Shown in pieces: positions 8,221-10,409 of a stretch of DNA of 10,409 nt. Source of the DNA: Candidatus Micrarchaeia archaeon (GTDB taxonomy: Archaea; Micrarchaeota; Micrarchaeia; Anstonellales; Bilamarchaeaceae); contig JBKHJL010000034.1 of the NCBI GenBank assembly GCA_046538155.1, forward strand, positions 1 to 10,409, in the 5' to 3' direction. Position 1 is the first letter of the stretch. Each line of letters opens with the position of its first letter. The notes under the pieces were generated by a model. That model was not told the DNA's origin, did no database searches, and saw only the letters and a list, made by a program, of their open reading frames with translations. The translations under genes were made by a program, and so were the position numbers.

Positions 8221-8240
8221 GACATCCATTTTCCAGCGTT

Positions 8241-8260
8241 TATATTTAAACCTTTCTTTC
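8241..8260 (-). promoter_or_regulatory. BRE/TATA promoter of the pheS-containing operon (probably leaderless)
   Basis: Minus strand GAAAGAAAGG-TTTAAATATA. The TATA box begins 30 nt upstream of the ATG at 8220. Confidence 0.65.
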
Positions 8261-8298
8261 GCTTTTTATTCCAGTTTTAAGCTTGTACAAAAAGCGGA

Positions 8299-8337
8299 TC
8301 ATGAAGCCTGCTTCATGAGAAGAAACCAAAGGTTTCT
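8299..8337. repeat. Two adjacent perfect inverted repeats in the divergent intergenic region
   Basis: TCATGAAGC-CT-GCTTCATGA (8299-8318) and AGAAACC-AAA-GGTTTCT (8321-8337). Confidence 0.8.
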
Positions 8338-8475
8338 CAGAACCAAAAAACACGTTTTATGCGGAATATCCTGTTTTTATTAATCAAAACCTCCCGGATT
8401 TTACCCCAGAAAACCCCCCAAATCCCCAGTAATTTATTTGCATCCGACTTTTTTCGTCGGAGTCCCCTCGGTTTT

Positions 8476-8548
8476 CAAAACCCTTTTAAAACGTATAGCA
8501 GAAACAGGAATCAGTTGGCTGGCTCTGAAGCCAGGCAACGCAAGGTGA
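8476..8548 (+). promoter_or_regulatory. Promoter, 5' stem-loop and Shine-Dalgarno of the secreted protein gene
   Basis: CAAAACCC-TTTTAAAA (8476-8491); hairpin GTTG-G-CTGGCT-CTGA-AGCCAG-G-CAAC (8514-8539); AGGTGA (8543-8548) before ATG 8556. Confidence 0.6.
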
Positions 8549-8555
8549 TTAGAAA

Positions 8556-9230
8556 ATGAATAAAATGATTTGGGCATTAGCCTTCGTTGTGCTTTGCAGC
8601 GGCATGGCATTCGCTATCGGTAACGCTACCATAGATGGCACTGTCAGCCAGTCAAAGTACGCGGGCGAAGCCACTGCAGGCGATGTTACTACAGAAGGTG
8701 GTAATGTGTCTACAGTAGACCTTACCGGTACAGATTCAACCGAAAGGTGGGCAGGTGCATATGGTGACGTTTCAGGTACCCTGGTACTTGCAGAAGCAGG
8801 AGATACAGAATATATGTACAACTGGACTTATGATACTGGAGACGGTGGAGAAGTCTGTGTTAGTGTAGCGGAGAACTTTGACTGGACTGCTCTTGCTGCG
8901 GCAAACCTCACTGATCTTTCAAGCGCATGGAACTTTGGTGACAATGCAGACAACGTTACCGAGACCTTTGATGATGGTGAACAAACCTTTGAGATTGCCG
9001 GTCAGACTATATCCGATGTGCTTCTTGCTGACACTGGTGGTGCTGACTACGTGACAGGAGCCATCAATGATGGAGCCGGATCTGCACAGAATAACTTTGC
9101 ATTCTGTGTAAACATCACTGATGAGAGCTCTAACTACGATGGAGAAACAGTAGACTATGAAGTAATTATGCCTACTGATGATGGTGTAGACGATGAAGAA
9201 ACGTACTACTTCTATTTGGAACTCGTATAG
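8556..9230 (+). CDS. Secreted, highly acidic hypothetical protein (candidate structural surface/filament subunit)
   Basis: 224 aa with signal peptide ending AFA. The mature part has only 1 Lys and 1 Arg against about 40 Asp/Glu, 2 Cys, 6 sequons, no TM anchor, and ends TYYFYLELV. Strong SD and own T-tract terminator. Confidence 0.88.
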   Translation: MNKMIWALAFVVLCSGMAFAIGNATIDGTVSQSKYAGEATAGDVTTEGGNVSTVDLTGTDSTERWAGAYGDVSGTLVLAEAGDTEYMYNWTYDTGDGGEVCVSVAENFDWTALAAANLTDLSSAWNFGDNADNVTETFDDGEQTFEIAGQTISDVLLADTGGADYVTGAINDGAGSAQNNFAFCVNITDESSNYDGETVDYEVIMPTDDGVDDEETYYFYLELV

Positions 9231-9240
9231 AGTTTCCAAC

Positions 9241-9261
9241 CTTTTTTTTCTTTTTTCTTTT
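9241..9261 (+). terminator. Oligo-T terminator of the secreted protein gene
   Basis: CTTTTTTTTCTTTTTTCTTTT begins 10 nt after the TAG stop. Confidence 0.7.
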
Positions 9262-9291
9262 AATTCTCTCCGGATTACATTCTAACTCCTG

Positions 9292-9300
9292 AAAAAATAA
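9292..9300 (-). terminator. Possible oligo-T terminator of the lipoprotein-Nudix unit
   Basis: Minus strand TTATTTTTT about 18 nt after the Nudix stop. Confidence 0.4.
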
Positions 9301-9318
9301 TCAGCTAATGCATAATGC

Positions 9319-9705
9319 CTACAACATAGAGGGAATATCTTCACAATTGAGTGCAAGCTTCATGAATTTCGCTTCATCCAGCGAAACCCACCGCCCCTCC
9401 TCATGCTCCAAACCAAGGGAAAAATCTTCACTGCCGACCTCCCCCTTGTATACTAAATAAACAGAGTGCTTCATCTTTCCCTCCTTCTCATATGTGGCAG
9501 AAGTAATCCCGATAAATTCAACATAAGAAACCTCCAGCCCGGTTTCTTCCTTCAATTCGCGCCTTGCAGAATAAGAGGGCTCTTCACCCCAGTCAACACC
9601 CCCACCGGGAAATTCCCAGAAATCCGTGTTCCTCCGTTTGAGAAGGAGGACTTTTTCCGCGTGCAGTGGCACAAGGTAGGCATTCAGTTCCTGTATTTTC
9701 TTCAC
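9319..9705 (-). CDS. Nudix hydrolase
   Basis: WEFPGGGVDWGEEPSYSARRELKEETGL fits the Nudix box GX5EX7REUXEEXGU. Likely start is GTG 9705, which forms a GTGA overlap with the upstream stop; alternative is GTG 9714. Confidence 0.92.
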   Translation of the reverse strand: MKKIQELNAYLVPLHAEKVLLLKRRNTDFWEFPGGGVDWGEEPSYSARRELKEETGLEVSYVEFIGITSATYEKEGKMKHSVYLVYKGEVGSEDFSLGLEHEEGRWVSLDEAKFMKLALNCEDIPSML

Positions 9706-10304
9706 TCGGTGCACACCCCGTTTGAGCAGTAGAGGCAGGTATACGTGTATTTCCTGAAGTTTCCGTCTTCCCCGCAGAAATATTCAATTAATCCTGTTTC
9801 GCTTATGCAGTGGTCTTCAACCGGGTGCTCCTCTACAATCTCCCCATCAGTATAATGCTTTATCAGGGTTATTTCTCCCTTTACATGCTTATCATTCCCC
9901 CCATCAGAGTCAACACATTCAGTATAATCAAGGATTGGCTCACAAACTCCGTTTGAGCAGGAGCATTTTATTACTTCATGGGTAAGCGCCCCTGCCTCGC
10001 AATAGTATTCATAAAGCGTCCTGGAGTCAAAGCAGAAATCTTCTTTTGACCATTCATCGCTCCCCCCTTTGTTTATGGTTGTAACTCCTTTTGTGTGTAT
10101 GTCCATCCCCCCGTCAGTATCCTCGCACCGCTCTTCAGCCAGTGCTTCCCCGTCCGCAGAAATCTCTGCTTCTCCTCCACCCGGGGCAGAAACCTCCGGG
10201 AATAGGTACTGCTTCTCAGGGTCAATTTCTGCTTCTTCCGGCTCCACTTCTGCAGTGCATCCAGCTAAAATTAAGGCTATAATTAGTGTCGCCCACCTGT
10301 ACAT
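9702..10304 (-). CDS. Putative lipoprotein with two CxD[ST]DGG six-cysteine repeats
   Basis: Lipobox-like LILAGC, acidic linker, then two units CEDTDGG...KG...DFC...EYYC...CSCSNGVC and CVDSDGG...KG...DHC...EYFC...CLYCSNGVC. Confidence 0.85.
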   Translation of the reverse strand: MYRWATLIIALILAGCTAEVEPEEAEIDPEKQYLFPEVSAPGGGEAEISADGEALAEERCEDTDGGMDIHTKGVTTINKGGSDEWSKEDFCFDSRTLYEYYCEAGALTHEVIKCSCSNGVCEPILDYTECVDSDGGNDKHVKGEITLIKHYTDGEIVEEHPVEDHCISETGLIEYFCGEDGNFRKYTYTCLYCSNGVCTE

Positions 10305-10327
10305 GGAAGGATATTGGAGGTAAAAGG

Positions 10328-10337
10328 CTTAAATATT
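10328..10337 (-). promoter_or_regulatory. Possible TATA box for the leaderless lipoprotein gene
   Basis: Minus strand AATATTTAAG ends 24 nt upstream of ATG 10304, and no SD is present. Confidence 0.45.
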
Positions 10338-10357
10338 ATGTGGGGTTGGCACCCATT

Positions 10358-10392
10358 CGGGCTCGGGGGGATTCGAACCCCCGGCCTACGGA
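10358..10392 (-). tRNA. 3' half of a tRNA gene (Lys-like by resemblance; anticodon not visible)
   Basis: Minus strand TCCGT-AGGCC-GGGGG-TTCGAAT-CCCCC-CGAGCCC-G gives the anticodon 3' strand, variable loop, perfect T arm, acceptor 3' strand and discriminator G. No encoded CCA. The upstream 17 nt do not pair with TCCGT. Confidence 0.8.
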
Positions 10393-10409
10393 CACCAGGC
10401 AAGGGGGAA

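Noticed and set aside
2771..8487. Shared AAACCCTTTT word at 2771-2780 and 8478-8487
   Set aside because: Short and low complexity; explained by a hairpin in one place and a BRE/TATA junction in the other.
8087..8559. Small plus-strand ORFs 8087-8383 and 8359-8559 in or near the intergenic region
   Set aside because: No SD or protein-like motifs; they cross promoters and palindromes.
8549..9239. Minus-strand ORFs 8549-8821 and 8919-9239
   Set aside because: They are antisense to the well-supported secreted protein gene and show no recognisable features.
10305..10357. Permuted tRNA (5' half downstream of the 3' half)
   Set aside because: No GGGCTCG-like acceptor 5' strand or D arm follows the 3' half.
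10393..10399. Reading TGG as the anticodon (tRNA-Pro)
   Set aside because: The loop CCTGGTG lacks U33 and a purine at 37, and the flanking stem does not pair.

Overview
Archaeal chromosomal window. The style of the surface proteins (CxD[ST]DGG Cys repeats, a 'GGNV...RW.G.YG.VSG' secreted protein) suggests a DPANN archaeon, possibly Micrarchaeota; this is inference, not a database result. The left part (minus strand, 1-2754) is the conserved archaeal translation cluster rps19e - PDCD5-like DNA-binding protein - rpl39e - rpl31e (with a ~100-aa E/K/P tail) - aIF6 - rpl18a/LX - prefoldin alpha - ftsY (truncated at the window edge). It has its own TATA promoter and a structured ~85-nt leader. The middle (minus strand, 2890-8220) is a four-gene unit joined by ATGA overlaps, in which pheS sits among three uncharacterised membrane/surface protein genes with no pheT adjacent. 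Divergent from it is a stand-alone, very acidic secreted protein gene (8556-9230) with signs of high expression. The right part (minus strand) has a Cys-repeat lipoprotein gene overlapping a Nudix hydrolase gene, and the 3' half of a tRNA whose anticodon arm cannot be formed in the window (intron, split tRNA or att site). No CRISPR array, transposase or integrase is visible.
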